Positions 1-10,208 of a stretch of DNA of 64,000 nt are shown here, piece by piece. Location of the stretch: contig JBJKZL010000004.1 of the NCBI GenBank assembly GCA_045560295.1, positions 68,566 through 132,565 on the forward strand. Direction: 5' to 3'. This DNA comes from Fidelibacterota bacterium (GTDB lineage: Bacteria > Fidelibacterota > Marinisomatia > Marinisomatales > Marinisomataceae). A program made the position numbers and the translations under genes. The notes below the pieces were generated by a model. That model did not search any database. It saw only the letters and a list, made by a program, of their open reading frames with translations, and was not told where the DNA came from. Within the stretch, counting starts at the first letter, position 1, and every line of letters starts with the position of its first letter.

Positions 1-324
1 ACCAAATGATTTTGCTCTGAATGGCTCTAATAAAATATCCTCTTCATCGCTAAAAGATCTCATATGCAATTGGCAAACTGTTGTAGCCCTTTGTGGGCCA
101 TGTGGTCTGCCATTGATCATAAATCCACAGGAACCGCATATTCCCTCTCTGCAGTCATGATCAAATGCAACGGGGTCCTTTTTTTCTTTCACTAACTTAT
201 TATTTAATATGTCTAACATCTCTAGAAAAGAAATGTTTGGATCTACGTTTTCTAATCGATAATCATGCAACTTACCTTCATTTTGACCGGATGCTTGCCT
301 CCAGATTTTTAGATTTATATTCAT
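1..324 (-). CDS. sdhB: succinate dehydrogenase/fumarate reductase iron-sulfur subunit, first 108 codons (gene continues past left edge)
   Basis: Hand translation of the minus strand from ATG at 324-322 gives [27 protein letters not shown]...[24 protein letters not shown]...CQLHMRSF, the 2Fe-2S Cys cluster region. The start overlaps the sdhA stop (TAATG). Absent from the ORF track because it is open at the window edge. Confidence 0.9.
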   Translation of the reverse strand, partial: MNINLKIWRQASGQNEGKLHDYRLENVDPNISFLEMLDILNNKLVKEKKDPVAFDHDCREGICGSCGFMINGRPHGPQRATTVCQLHMRSFSDEEDILLEPFRAKSFG

Positions 325-2246
325 TACTTATAGCTTCTAGTTTTTAATTTGACATTTTTATATTTTAAATCTTCTTTAAATAGGCTTGGCTTACCATTTT
401 TATTATATCCCCAAGCTGCCACATATTTAAAATCATCGTCATTTCTTTCGGCTTCATTCTCCGGTGTTTGGTACTCTTCTCTGAAATGCGCACCACAAGA
501 TTCGTTTCTATCTAACGCATCATGTGCCATTAGTTCTGCAAGCTCAATAAAATCTTTTAATCTTAGTGCCTTTTCTAGTTCCTGGTTCATATCCTTATCA
601 CTTCCTGGGATGGAAACATTATTCCAAAATTTTTCTTTAATTTTTGGAATAGAATCAATGGCATAATTAAGGCCTTTTTTATCTCTAGCCATTCCGACCT
701 TGTCCCAGACTATCTTACCAAGCTCCCTATGAACTTCGTCTACCACCAAATCCCCCTTTATAGACATTATATTTTCAATATCCTTTTCTGTTTCTTTAAC
801 GGCGTCAGTAAACTCCTTGTGGTCTGTTTTATTTGAAAAGTCTGCTTTTTCTTTGGCTAAATAGTCCATAACTGTGTGTGGTGCTACAAAATAACCATCG
901 GCCAATCCTTGCATAAGAGCACTAGCACCTAAACGGTTTGCTCCATGATCTGAGAAGTTACTTTCTCCAATAGAAAAAAGTCCTGGGATGGTGGTCATAA
1001 GATTATAATCTACCCATAACCCTCCCATAGTATAGTGAACAGCTGGATATATCTTCATGGGGGTTTTATATGGGTTTTCATCAGTAATGTTTTGATACAT
1101 ATCAAATAAGTTGCCATATTTCTCTTTGATGAACTGTTCTCCTTTTTCTTTTATTGCTTTTTTAAAATCAAGATAAACAGCAACACCCGTGTTACCCACT
1201 CCCTGTCCATTGTCACAAACTTCTTTTGCTCTTCTACTGGCGACATCCCTTGGTACGAGGTTTCCAAAAGCTGGGTAGATTCTTTCTAAATAATAGTCTC
1301 TTTCATCTTCTGGTATATCAACCGCTTTTCTTGTATCATTTTTTTTCTTTGGCACCCAAACCCTTCCATCATTCCTTAAACTTTCACTCATTAGGGTAAG
1401 CTTAGATTGAAAATCGTTTTTTACTGGGATACAGGTGGGATGTATTTGAGTAAAACTTGGGTTGGCAAAAAGAGCTCCTTTTCTATGTGCTCTCCAATTT
1501 GCAGTAACATTGCTAGCCATTGCGTTGGTCGATAAATAATACACATTAGAATATCCACCTGTGGCCAGAATAACTACGTCAGCCGAATGTGATTCAATCT
1601 TTCCATTTAATAAATTTCTTGTCACAATACCCTTTGCTTTTCCATCAACAGTAACAATATCTAGCATATCATGCCTTGGATAAAAGGTTACCTTACCAGC
1701 ATTGGTTTGTCTGCTAAGAGCAGAGTATGCCCCCAATAACAACTGCTGTCCGGTTTGCCCTCTGGCATAAAAAGTGCGCGAAACTTGAACTCCACCAAAA
1801 GACCTATTATCCAATAGCCCTCCGTATTCTCTAGCAAAAGGCACTCCCTGTGCTACACACTGATCAATTATGTTAACGCTGAGCTCAGCAAGACGATATA
1901 CATTGTCCTCACGTGACCTGAAGTCTCCACCTTTAATTGTATCATAAAAAAGTCTCATGACACTATCGCCGTCTTGTTGATAGTTTTTTGCTGCATTAAT
2001 TCCGCCTTGGGCTGCAATACTATGCGCTCTTCTAGGTGATTCGTGATAGGAAAAAGCGTGGATATTAAAACCTTTTTCTGCTAGTGTGGCAGCTGCGGAA
2101 GCTCCCGCCAGACCAGTACCAATAATAATAACCTTATATTTATTTGCTTCTTCTGGAGTAAGCTTATTAAGTGTTTTTTTATAGTCTTCCCACTTAGTAT
2201 GAAGCTCTCCATTAGGGGCATTAGAATTGAGTTTGAAATTGTTCAT
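324..2246 (-). CDS. sdhA: succinate dehydrogenase/fumarate reductase flavoprotein subunit
   Basis: ORF 324..2318. FAD-binding [26 protein letters not shown] (covalent FAD His region), C-terminal [11 protein letters not shown] trimmed the start to MNNFKL (ATG 2246), 2 nt after the sdhC stop; the 24 upstream codons overlap sdhC. Confidence 0.95.
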   Translation of the reverse strand: MNNFKLNSNAPNGELHTKWEDYKKTLNKLTPEEANKYKVIIIGTGLAGASAAATLAEKGFNIHAFSYHESPRRAHSIAAQGGINAAKNYQQDGDSVMRLFYDTIKGGDFRSREDNVYRLAELSVNIIDQCVAQGVPFAREYGGLLDNRSFGGVQVSRTFYARGQTGQQLLLGAYSALSRQTNAGKVTFYPRHDMLDIVTVDGKAKGIVTRNLLNGKIESHSADVVILATGGYSNVYYLSTNAMASNVTANWRAHRKGALFANPSFTQIHPTCIPVKNDFQSKLTLMSESLRNDGRVWVPKKKNDTRKAVDIPEDERDYYLERIYPAFGNLVPRDVASRRAKEVCDNGQGVGNTGVAVYLDFKKAIKEKGEQFIKEKYGNLFDMYQNITDENPYKTPMKIYPAVHYTMGGLWVDYNLMTTIPGLFSIGESNFSDHGANRLGASALMQGLADGYFVAPHTVMDYLAKEKADFSNKTDHKEFTDAVKETEKDIENIMSIKGDLVVDEVHRELGKIVWDKVGMARDKKGLNYAIDSIPKIKEKFWNNVSIPGSDKDMNQELEKALRLKDFIELAELMAHDALDRNESCGAHFREEYQTPENEAERNDDDFKYVAAWGYNKNGKPSLFKEDLKYKNVKLKTRSYK

Positions 2247-2248
2247 AA

Positions 2249-2908
2249 TTATATTAGCCTTATAATAAAACCAAACCATAATGGTATAGATATAAATCCA
2301 AGTGGAATCCAAAACCAAAATATAATTGATACCTTACTATATAATTTTTCATACGGTGTTCCAACAATCCCAAGGGTCTGACCAGCAGAAGAAAATCCAT
2401 GCTTAAGATGATACCCAAGTAGGGCAATAGCAACAATATAAAACACTGAAAAAAATGGGTTTGCAAAACCTACCTCATCTCCTAAAACTACCTGATAATA
2501 GGTCATTTCTTTCATATCAAAATTAAATTTATACCAAAAAGTAGCCCAGTGAGTTACTAAGAATATAAAAATGAAGCTTCCGGTGAACGCCGCATATCTA
2601 GCAGAGGACGAAGTGTTCTCTTTGCTATATGAGTCAATATTTTTTTTTGCTTTTCTATTTTTCCACCACAATAATATTCCGCTGTAAGCGTGGCTTAAAA
2701 CAAAGGCCAATAAAAAGAATTCTGCAATCCTAATCAAGAAACCTAGTTTGTGTAGTTTTTCAACATATCCATTAAATGCTGCTTCACCTACAAAAAGAAA
2801 CAGGTTTCCAAACAAATGAAATGCCATGAAGAAAGATAATAACAGTCCTGTTATTGCCATTAAAATTTTTCTTCCAATTGAAGATGTTAATATTTGAAAT
2901 ATGGACAT
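2249..2908 (-). CDS. sdhC: succinate dehydrogenase/fumarate reductase cytochrome b membrane anchor (single-subunit, Bacteroidetes-like type)
   Basis: ORF 2249..2965, multi-TM, sits directly upstream of sdhA. The N-terminus [21 protein letters not shown] matches the usual SSIGRK start region of this family, so the ATG at 2908 is preferred over 2965. Confidence 0.8.
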   Translation of the reverse strand: MSIFQILTSSIGRKILMAITGLLLSFFMAFHLFGNLFLFVGEAAFNGYVEKLHKLGFLIRIAEFFLLAFVLSHAYSGILLWWKNRKAKKNIDSYSKENTSSSARYAAFTGSFIFIFLVTHWATFWYKFNFDMKEMTYYQVVLGDEVGFANPFFSVFYIVAIALLGYHLKHGFSSAGQTLGIVGTPYEKLYSKVSIIFWFWIPLGFISIPLWFGFIIRLI

Positions 2909-2973
2909 AAATTTACCTAGTGCTAAAGCCAATGTTATAACCCGTTTAGATAAAGGTAAAGACAAAAAAAGGT

Positions 2974-4359
2974 ATGGTAGAAAATTTCAAAATTGCTGGC
3001 GGTCATAGGAACACCGCGGAGTCAGCAAAAAATATTTTATTGGAGGGAGGAAACGCTTTTGACGCTGCAATTGCGGGCGTCTTTTCTTCTATGTCTTGCG
3101 AGTATCTGTATACAGGTGCTGCCAGCGGTGGTGCAATGCTGGTAAAAAAGAATGGTTTCCATCCAGAAATAATAGACTTTTTTGTTGAAACACCTTCAAT
3201 TGATCAGTCTAATGTTGGAGATTTCAAAGCGATATATGCTGATTTTGGTGACACAAAACAAGAATTTAATATTGGCGCGGGCTCTGTTGGTATACCCGGC
3301 ACTATTCCTGGGCTAATTCAAATACACAAAGATTATGGATCTTTGCCTTTTTCTATTTTAGTTGAACAAGCCATTGATTTGGCAAAAAAAGGAAGTTTTA
3401 TCTCAAAAAACCAAGAGTATTTGTCGGCAGTATTATCTCCAATAATATCCTCTTCTAGGGCATTAGAGTCTCTTTTTAGCAAAGATGGATCTTTGTTAAA
3501 AGAGGGGGGTCTATTTGTTAATGCTGATTTTGCGTCTTTTTTAGATCAGTTTTTGTATGAAGATCCATCACTGTTTTATAAGCATGAGGTTTGCCCGCTT
3601 TTTTATCAATCTTTTAAAAATGGAGGTATTATTGAACTAAAAGATTTACAAGAATATTCTCCCATAAAAAGATCTCCTCTTGAGCTAAAATACTGTGGTC
3701 ACGATATTTTTATGAATCCACTCCCATCAACCGGTGGCATGCTAATTAGTGCAGGACTTGAACATTTAAATAAATTAGATAGTACCTCTAAACAAGATAT
3801 AGAAACTGCTTTACACAAAATAAGGAATTATAAAGACCAAGACATGGTTGGTTCTACTACCCACCTCAGTATTATTGATAAAAACAACAATGTGGCTTCA
3901 GTTACAACAACAAACGGTGTTGGTGCTGGCTTTATAGTACCAGGTACTGGAATTATGCCCAATAATATGTTAGGTGAAAAACACTTAAATGTTAATGGTT
4001 TCCACAGTTGGCAATCTAAACAAAGAATACCAAGCAATATTTGTCCAACATTGATTATTGATAAAAATAACAGTCCAACTACTCTAGGTTCTGCTGGTAG
4101 CAGTAGAATCATTTCTGCAACGCTGTCTGTAATAAATAATTTAATTAGTGGTAAAATGTCGTTGAAAGAGTCTATTTCTAGACCAAGAATTCATCTCGAG
4201 GGCGATATTTTGCACTGTGAGCCAAACACAAACCAAGCGCAATATAAAACAAAAAATGTTGTCTATTGGGAAGATAAGAATATGTATTTTGGTGGCGTAA
4301 ATGCTTGTAGCCCTTTTGAATCTTTTGCTGACAAAAGGAGGGATGGAGCTTCCATTTAA
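2974..4359 (+). CDS. gamma-glutamyltranspeptidase (GGT) family protein, short form without obvious signal peptide
   Basis: ORF 461 aa. GSTTHLSIID (autoprocessing/nucleophile Thr region), PLPSTGGM, GSAGSSRIISA motifs typical of Ntn-hydrolase GGTs. Confidence 0.8.
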   Translation: MVENFKIAGGHRNTAESAKNILLEGGNAFDAAIAGVFSSMSCEYLYTGAASGGAMLVKKNGFHPEIIDFFVETPSIDQSNVGDFKAIYADFGDTKQEFNIGAGSVGIPGTIPGLIQIHKDYGSLPFSILVEQAIDLAKKGSFISKNQEYLSAVLSPIISSSRALESLFSKDGSLLKEGGLFVNADFASFLDQFLYEDPSLFYKHEVCPLFYQSFKNGGIIELKDLQEYSPIKRSPLELKYCGHDIFMNPLPSTGGMLISAGLEHLNKLDSTSKQDIETALHKIRNYKDQDMVGSTTHLSIIDKNNNVASVTTTNGVGAGFIVPGTGIMPNNMLGEKHLNVNGFHSWQSKQRIPSNICPTLIIDKNNSPTTLGSAGSSRIISATLSVINNLISGKMSLKESISRPRIHLEGDILHCEPNTNQAQYKTKNVVYWEDKNMYFGGVNACSPFESFADKRRDGASI

Positions 4360-4393
4360 TTAATTATATTTTTTGATAGTGAAGCAAAAAATA

Positions 4394-5101
4394 TCAATGG
4401 CTGCCCAACCAAAAAAATAATTGGTTCATTTCTTTGCTATTAAACATTATTTCTGGATGCCATTGTACTCCTATAAAGTTTTCTCTGCCTTTTATTTCTA
4501 TTGCTTCGGTTAAACCATCATCTGATTTTGCAGTAATTATAATGTCTTTTCCTAAAACATTTATACACTGATGATGGCTGCTTTTAATATCTATTTTCCT
4601 TTTTTTAACAATTTTTGCGAGCATGGAACTTTTCTTTGTAATGGTTACGGGGTGAACGCTGGCCGCCCCATTAAAAACCCCGTGATCAACATGGTTTTCT
4701 ACTAGCGCTGGTATATCTTCAATGAGACTCCCTCCATAGATTACATTTACATGTTGTACACCCGCACAAATTGCTAGAACTTTTTTGTTTTGTTTCATAG
4801 CCTCTAAAAAGAGTACCCTATCAAAATTTTCTCTGTTTTCTGACATAACATCTTTATCTAAAAGATGTGGGTTAATAGATTGATATTTACTTGCAGGGAT
4901 GTCTGGGCCTCCCACCATTAACAGTGCGTCTATATTGGAAACAAGCGATTTTATTTGACTTAAATTTTTGGTATGATGCACTGTTACCGGACATGCATCT
5001 GCTGCCCAAATAGCCTGATAATATGCCTTTTTTGTGGCGTTCCAGGAAGAGCCTTTTTGCTCTAAATCATAAGGGTTAATTCCAACTAAAGCTTTTTTCA
5101 A
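4394..5101 (-). CDS. peptidase C26 / gamma-glutamyl-GABA hydrolase-like class I glutamine amidotransferase
   Basis: ORF 235 aa. LAICAGVQHVNV (nucleophile Cys elbow), SSHHQ, GVQWHPE triad motifs. Confidence 0.8.
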   Translation of the reverse strand: MKKALVGINPYDLEQKGSSWNATKKAYYQAIWAADACPVTVHHTKNLSQIKSLVSNIDALLMVGGPDIPASKYQSINPHLLDKDVMSENRENFDRVLFLEAMKQNKKVLAICAGVQHVNVIYGGSLIEDIPALVENHVDHGVFNGAASVHPVTITKKSSMLAKIVKKRKIDIKSSHHQCINVLGKDIIITAKSDDGLTEAIEIKGRENFIGVQWHPEIMFNSKEMNQLFFWLGSH

Positions 5102-5111
5102 AAAACTGCTC

Positions 5112-6266
5112 TTAAAATTTATATTCGTTGAGCTTGGGAACCTTAATCATTAACTCTTTTAGGGTACCTTCGTAGTTTTTTTTATTATATCTTGCTTTCC
5201 ACTTTCCCGATGGCTCTCCATCAACAAAACTTCCACTTATGGTAGGGTTTTCTTGCGGAGCAACATAGTTCCATACTCCGTTTTTTTTGTTATTTTTGTA
5301 TTCCCCTTTGCCGTAAAAGCGAGATCCAAAATCAATGTCTGGGCCCTCTATCCATTCTCCAGTTTTTATATCTTGCTCATAGGGTCCCGATGCTATCTTT
5401 CTTGATTTTGTAATATTTGATTCAATAATACTATTATCTTCTTTTTTGTAGTGTGCCCAGATACCCTCTTTTTTACCAAACTGGTAGGAGCCTGACTGCT
5501 TTAGAGCCAAAGAACCTTCTTTTAGGATAAAATATTCTTTCCAGTCTCCGGTTTTGATACCCTCATTGTATGTGCCTTTTCCTCTGTTCGGGGAGTGGGG
5601 AGATAGGTTATAAAATGCTCCATTCAATTGTCCGTTAATGTAGCTTTCTTTCCACCCCGTGTCTTTTCCATCTTCATACCATACCCATGTATTAAATTTT
5701 TTTCCTTCTGAATATTCTCCCTCACTTACCATTACCCCTTGGGAGTCCCAACTTTTCCACAGCCCTGACTTTTCCCAGTTTTCATAATTTCCTGCTCTAA
5801 TGAGAGCTCGTGTATTTGGGTCTCTTTCTTTCCATCTACCTGCGCCATCTTCAAAAGTTATTTCTCCCCTAGTTATTAATCGCCCTTCACTATCTTTGCT
5901 CCAGGTTGTCCATGTTCCAACAATTTTCCCATCTTCGTACTTAATATACTCTAGTCTCTTATTTTTTTCTCTAGGGCCTGGAAATAAATAAGTAACTTGC
6001 TCACCATCCGGAATTCCCTTGATGTATTTTGCCTTTTTTTGTGTACCTTTTCGAATGTCTACCTCAAACCATTCGCCATCCTTAAGGCCTCTTTTATATA
6101 CCCCAAGTAGCTCTCCATACTTATCTAGGACGTCCCCCGAAAACAGGCTATCTGATTCTTTGTTGTATGCAAGACCGTCTTCTTTAATGATAATTTGGTC
6201 TTCATAAATTTCGCCTGAACAAGAAATCATGAATGCCATTACAAATATTATAAATGTTTTTTTCAT
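5112..6266 (-). CDS. MORN-repeat-variant (YwqK-like) lipoprotein
   Basis: ORF 384 aa. Signal peptide plus lipobox-like FMISCSG. Many G-x-W / Y-x-x-G-x-x-x-G-x-W repeat units along the whole length. Confidence 0.6.
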   Translation of the reverse strand: MKKTFIIFVMAFMISCSGEIYEDQIIIKEDGLAYNKESDSLFSGDVLDKYGELLGVYKRGLKDGEWFEVDIRKGTQKKAKYIKGIPDGEQVTYLFPGPREKNKRLEYIKYEDGKIVGTWTTWSKDSEGRLITRGEITFEDGAGRWKERDPNTRALIRAGNYENWEKSGLWKSWDSQGVMVSEGEYSEGKKFNTWVWYEDGKDTGWKESYINGQLNGAFYNLSPHSPNRGKGTYNEGIKTGDWKEYFILKEGSLALKQSGSYQFGKKEGIWAHYKKEDNSIIESNITKSRKIASGPYEQDIKTGEWIEGPDIDFGSRFYGKGEYKNNKKNGVWNYVAPQENPTISGSFVDGEPSGKWKARYNKKNYEGTLKELMIKVPKLNEYKF

Positions 6267-6339
6267 ACCCTCTCCTTAAATTGGTGCGGCTTATTTTGAT
6301 TTTGCCGTAAAATTTTTAAACAGCAATAATGTATTCATA

Positions 6340-9018
6340 ATGAACTTTAAACAAAAAATATATTTTTTTTCACAAACTAAAACCGATGGTGATCAATCTA
6401 TGTCAGCAGTCTTGGGTGGTAAGGGCGCAAATATCGCTGAAATGTGCAAGCTGGGACTTCCTGTACCTCCTGGATTTACGCTTGCGACTTCATTATGTAA
6501 TGATTTTTTAAAAAATAAAAAGCTATCTATAGCCCTCAAAAAAAATGTTAGAACCTATATTACAAAAACCGAAAAAATTGTTGGGTGTTCTTTTGGTGGA
6601 AAAAATCCCCTTCTTTTGTCTGTCAGGTCTGGTGCTCCCGTATCAATGCCCGGGATGATGGAAACTATTTTAAATATTGGTTTAACATCAAAAACATTGC
6701 CATACCTAATTGCTCGCTCCGGAAGTGAAAGGTTTGCATATGACAGTTATCGTAGATTAATTATGATGTATGCTGATGTGGTTATGGAAAAGTCATTACA
6801 ACTTAATAAAACTAAAAGCCCAATCAGAATTAAAATGGAGAGTCTACTTTCAAAAATGAAAAAAAAATATAGTCATAGGAGCGACGCAACAGTAACCGCA
6901 GATCACTGGAAGGAATTAATTTCAGAATATCTCGACTTAATTAAAAAGGACTTTGGCGTTCCGTTTCCCGACGATCCACACGATCAGCTATTTGGTGCTA
7001 TTGAAGCTGTTTTTTCTAGCTGGAATGGCAAAAGAGCAAAAGAGTATAGGGTGTTTGAAAATATTCCAACCTCAATGGGCACTGCAGTAAGTGTACAGGC
7101 TATGGTTTTTGGTAATCTAGGTAAAAATTGTGGAACCGGAGTTGCTTTTACAAGAAATCCTTCTAGTGGAGAAAATAAATTCTATGGTGAATGGCTTCCA
7201 AATGCTCAGGGTGAAGATGTGGTTGCTGGCATTCGCACGCCACACCCAATTCTAGCTGACTCTGGTTCAAAACAAAGCCTTGAACATAAAATGCCAGGCG
7301 CATTTAAACAGCTGGATCGTGTAAGAAAAAAACTAGAAAAACATTTTGATGAAATGCAGGACATTGAGTTCACAATTCAAGATGAAAAACTGTGGATGCT
7401 ACAAACAAGAACCGCAAAAAGAACGGGTATTGCTGCAATTAAAATTGCGACCGATATGGTGCATGAAAAGTTGATTGATAAAAAAACTGCGCTTTCCCGT
7501 GTTCACCCAAACCAAATTTATGAAAGTCTTTTAAAAAATATAGACCCTGACTCTTTGTTGGGTGTGTCGTCAATTGGAGGCGGTTTACCAGCTGGGCCGG
7601 GAGCCTCTTCTGGTGAAGTGGTGTTTACAGCTGAAAGAGCTGAGCTTTTAGGAAAGAAGGGCAAAAAGGTTATTCTTATTAGAGAAGAAACCTCACCTGA
7701 AGATATTCACGGTATGCACTACTCAGAGGGGATTTTAACTTCACGCGGCGGACTAACTAGTCATGCAGCTCTTGTTGCTAGGGGTTGGGGTAAAAGCTGT
7801 ATCGTAGGCTGTCAAACCTTGCGCATCAACAACAATCTGCGCTCTGGCTTTATAGGTGATATAAAAATAAAAGAGGGTGATTGGATAACGCTAAGCGGAT
7901 CTACTGGGGAGGTTTTTCTTGGAAAGATGCGCTTATTTCAAAACCCCATTGATAGGTCTGGGCCACTAAGTGAGCTCCTTTCTTGGGCAGATCAGATACG
8001 TAAATTAAAGATTAGGACAAACGCTGACACACCAGAAGATTGCCAAAAAGCCTTAGATTTCGGTGCAGAGGGTATTGGTTTGTGCCGTACCGAGCATATG
8101 TTTTTTGAAGAGATGCGTGTGCATGAGTTTAGAAAAATGATTTTGTCCTCGGATAAAAATTCTAGAGTTAAACACTTAAAAAAGCTTCTTCCCTTTCAGA
8201 CAAGGGATTTTTATAACATTTTAAAGACGATGGATGGAAAGTCGGTGACGGTGCGGTTATTAGACCCCCCACTTCATGAGTTTATAAATATTGGTAACAA
8301 AGAACTGGATCGTCTTGCTTTAGATTTAAATAAAACTAAAGCTTCAATTTTAGCAAGAATTGAATTTTTAAAAGAATCGAACCCTATGTTAGGGCATCGT
8401 GGTTGTAGGCTTGGTATTTCTTATCCTGAAATTACAGAGATGCAGGCTGAGGCTCTTTTGGGAGCCTCCTTAAGGCTTAAAAAAGAAGGGTACAATCCCA
8501 AAATAGAGATTATGATTCCACTAGTATCTCATGTAAATGAGTTTGTACATCAAAAGAATATTGTTGTAGGTGTCTATAAAAGGCTTTCTGGAAAATATGG
8601 TTTGAGCTTGAAGTATAAAATTGGGACCATGATAGAGGTGCCCCGAGCCTGCTTGATTGCTGAAGAAATTGCAAAACATGCTGATTTTTTTAGTTTTGGT
8701 ACTAACGATCTCACGCAAACAACTTTTGGCTTTAGTCGAGATGACACAAGCACATTTTTTGAACCATACTTTCAACAAAAGGTTTTGCCTGGGGATCCAT
8801 TTGAAAAAATTGATCAGGATGGAGTTGGTAAGTTAATGCGTTTCGCTGTTGAGGGTGGTAGAAAAACAAAAAAATCTATCTCCATTGGAATATGTGGAGA
8901 ACATGGAGGAGAACCTGAAAGCATTGGGTTTTGTAGAGAACTTGGTTTAAACTATGTAAGCTGTTCTCCTTTTCGAGTTCCTATTGCGAGGTTAGCGGCT
9001 GCACAAGCTGAATTATGA
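6340..9018 (+). CDS. ppdK: pyruvate, phosphate dikinase
   Basis: ORF 892 aa. N-terminal LGGKGANIAEM, phospho-His motif GGLTSHAALVARGWGK, C-terminal PEP-utilising GICGEHGG. Confidence 0.95.
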   Translation: MNFKQKIYFFSQTKTDGDQSMSAVLGGKGANIAEMCKLGLPVPPGFTLATSLCNDFLKNKKLSIALKKNVRTYITKTEKIVGCSFGGKNPLLLSVRSGAPVSMPGMMETILNIGLTSKTLPYLIARSGSERFAYDSYRRLIMMYADVVMEKSLQLNKTKSPIRIKMESLLSKMKKKYSHRSDATVTADHWKELISEYLDLIKKDFGVPFPDDPHDQLFGAIEAVFSSWNGKRAKEYRVFENIPTSMGTAVSVQAMVFGNLGKNCGTGVAFTRNPSSGENKFYGEWLPNAQGEDVVAGIRTPHPILADSGSKQSLEHKMPGAFKQLDRVRKKLEKHFDEMQDIEFTIQDEKLWMLQTRTAKRTGIAAIKIATDMVHEKLIDKKTALSRVHPNQIYESLLKNIDPDSLLGVSSIGGGLPAGPGASSGEVVFTAERAELLGKKGKKVILIREETSPEDIHGMHYSEGILTSRGGLTSHAALVARGWGKSCIVGCQTLRINNNLRSGFIGDIKIKEGDWITLSGSTGEVFLGKMRLFQNPIDRSGPLSELLSWADQIRKLKIRTNADTPEDCQKALDFGAEGIGLCRTEHMFFEEMRVHEFRKMILSSDKNSRVKHLKKLLPFQTRDFYNILKTMDGKSVTVRLLDPPLHEFINIGNKELDRLALDLNKTKASILARIEFLKESNPMLGHRGCRLGISYPEITEMQAEALLGASLRLKKEGYNPKIEIMIPLVSHVNEFVHQKNIVVGVYKRLSGKYGLSLKYKIGTMIEVPRACLIAEEIAKHADFFSFGTNDLTQTTFGFSRDDTSTFFEPYFQQKVLPGDPFEKIDQDGVGKLMRFAVEGGRKTKKSISIGICGEHGGEPESIGFCRELGLNYVSCSPFRVPIARLAAAQAEL

Positions 9019-10160
9019 ATAAAAAATATCAGATCGTTATTTTTGGTGCCACCGGATTTACCGGCGAGCTTTGTGTTAAATATATGTCAGAGAAATATCC
9101 TGATGTTTCTATAGCTATAGCCGGAAGAAACAAAGAAAAGCTAGAGATGGTTAGAAGCAGGCACGGGTTGTCTTGTCCTATAGTTGTGGCAGATGCCTTT
9201 GATGTTGAAGCGCTAGATAAAATGTGTCAAGACGCTGAAGTTGTCTTGTCAACAGCCGGCCCTTATCATAAGTACGGTTCAGACCTTGTTCGTTCTTGTG
9301 TTAACGCTGGTTGTCACTATGTTGATATAACCGGTGAAAGCTTTTGGATTAGGGATCAGATAGAAAAACACCATAAGGATGCTGAAGCAAAAGGTGTTAG
9401 AATAATAAACGCGTGTGGGTTTGATTCTGCTCCATCTGATTTGGGCGTTTTTTATGCAGTCAACAAAGTTGTTGGAGAGGTGGACAGCGTCCACTGTTTT
9501 CAGGCCTTGAAAGGTGAATCTTCTGGTGGAACAATGGAAACTATGTTTTCATCTGTTGATGCAAAACTTACAAAGGGTGGTCTTGGAAAGTTTTCGCTAA
9601 ACCCAGAAAATACCGTTTCAGTTCACCAAAAAAAGATGACGAATGACAAAATTAAAATTAAAAAAATCCCTCACATTGGTGGTTGGACCGGCCCCTTTAT
9701 AATGGCGCTTCCAAACACGAGGGTTGTACGAAGATCTGCAGCTCTTTCTAAAAAAATAGGAAAATATTATGGGGAAAATTTTGTTTATTCCGAAGGGGCA
9801 TACTACAGCAATAAGGGTGCAGCTAGAAAGGTGTCAATAATGACCTTGGTGCTTGGTCTTATGATTTTTTCACCCCTAAGGAAGTTTTTAAGGCCTTTTT
9901 TTAGAAAGCCTGGTGAGGGTCCATCACAAGAGGCTATGGATTCTGGGTTTTTTAAAAGCAGGTTTTTGGTAAAAACGCAAGATGGTGTTCAAGCCTTTTC
10001 TATGTCTGCAAGTGGTGACCCGGGATATAAAATGACATCGCGAATGGCTTGTGAAAGCGCCCTTTGCTTGTCTGTTGAAGATCTTGAAGACTTGACCCGG
10101 TGGAAAAAACTTTGGGGGTCTTTTAACCCCATCTATTGGTTTGGGCAATGTTTTAATTAA
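9015..10160 (+). CDS. saccharopine dehydrogenase-like NAD(P)-binding oxidoreductase, apparent frameshift near 10095
   Basis: ORF 381 aa. N-terminal Rossmann IVIFGATGFTGELC. ATGA overlap with the ppdK stop. The last ~22 residues (TRWKKLWGSFNPIYWFGQCFN) look non-homologous, while another frame carries the expected family C-terminus (see next feature). Confidence 0.8.
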   Translation: MNKKYQIVIFGATGFTGELCVKYMSEKYPDVSIAIAGRNKEKLEMVRSRHGLSCPIVVADAFDVEALDKMCQDAEVVLSTAGPYHKYGSDLVRSCVNAGCHYVDITGESFWIRDQIEKHHKDAEAKGVRIINACGFDSAPSDLGVFYAVNKVVGEVDSVHCFQALKGESSGGTMETMFSSVDAKLTKGGLGKFSLNPENTVSVHQKKMTNDKIKIKKIPHIGGWTGPFIMALPNTRVVRRSAALSKKIGKYYGENFVYSEGAYYSNKGAARKVSIMTLVLGLMIFSPLRKFLRPFFRKPGEGPSQEAMDSGFFKSRFLVKTQDGVQAFSMSASGDPGYKMTSRMACESALCLSVEDLEDLTRWKKLWGSFNPIYWFGQCFN

Positions 10161-10206
10161 AAGGTTAGAAAAAATTGGTGTTTCTTTTAAAGAAATAGAG
10201 CTTTAG
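10096..10206 (+). other. out-of-frame continuation encoding the conserved C-terminus of the saccharopine-dehydrogenase-like gene
   Basis: Hand translation of the +1 frame from 10096 gives PGGKNFGGLLTPSIGLGNVLIKRLEKIGVSFKEIEL, then stop TAG at 10204-10206. The GG-x-x-TP...RL...G-x-x-F pattern is the usual C-terminus of this family. This frame has a TGA immediately upstream (10093-10095). Confidence 0.6.
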
Positions 10207-10208
10207 CT

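Noticed and set aside
349-666. Track ORFs lying antisense to or nested inside well-supported genes, e.g. 349..666(+), 3828..4112(-), 17078..17428(+), 22655..22990(+), 33377..33778(-), 36976..37371(+), 53129..53482(-), 57406..57666(-), 58729..59028(-), and the many 60-110 aa ORFs.
   Set aside because: Each lies wholly within a longer ORF on the opposite strand or in another frame that has clear family motifs. Their translations are low-complexity or hydrophobic with no motifs. These are typical shadow ORFs.
1909-1920. A third member of the CACGTG-palindrome family (cctCACGTGAcc, inside sdhA).
   Set aside because: Only the 8-bp core TCACGTGA is shared, the flanking GTT/AAC arms are absent, and it is mid-gene. 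This is compatible with chance.
2247-2318. N-terminal extensions of track ORFs: sdhA to 2318, sdhC to 2965, ALDH from 10478, M16 to 19665, dnaA from 33126, purM to 47190, TBDT from 52331, PorV-like from 58757.
   Set aside because: The extensions overlap upstream genes or precede an obvious signal peptide, a family N-terminus or a Shine-Dalgarno-supported ATG. Internal starts fit better. Exact starts remain unverified.
4360-4393. An A/T-only hairpin (ATTTTTTG-N9-CAAAAAAT) between the convergent GGT-like and C26 genes, as a bidirectional terminator.
   Set aside because: The stem is almost entirely A-T with a 9-nt loop, so it is too weak to call. A similar weak structure occurs at 15500-15525 after thyA.
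10089-10100. Programmed +1 ribosomal frameshift (prfB-like) as the explanation for the split saccharopine-dehydrogenase-like gene.
   Set aside because: The prfB-type site needs a slippery codon followed by an in-frame stop and an upstream SD-like element. Here the TGA is in the incoming (+1) frame, not the zero frame, and no SD-like stimulator is evident. An indel or pseudogene is more parsimonious.
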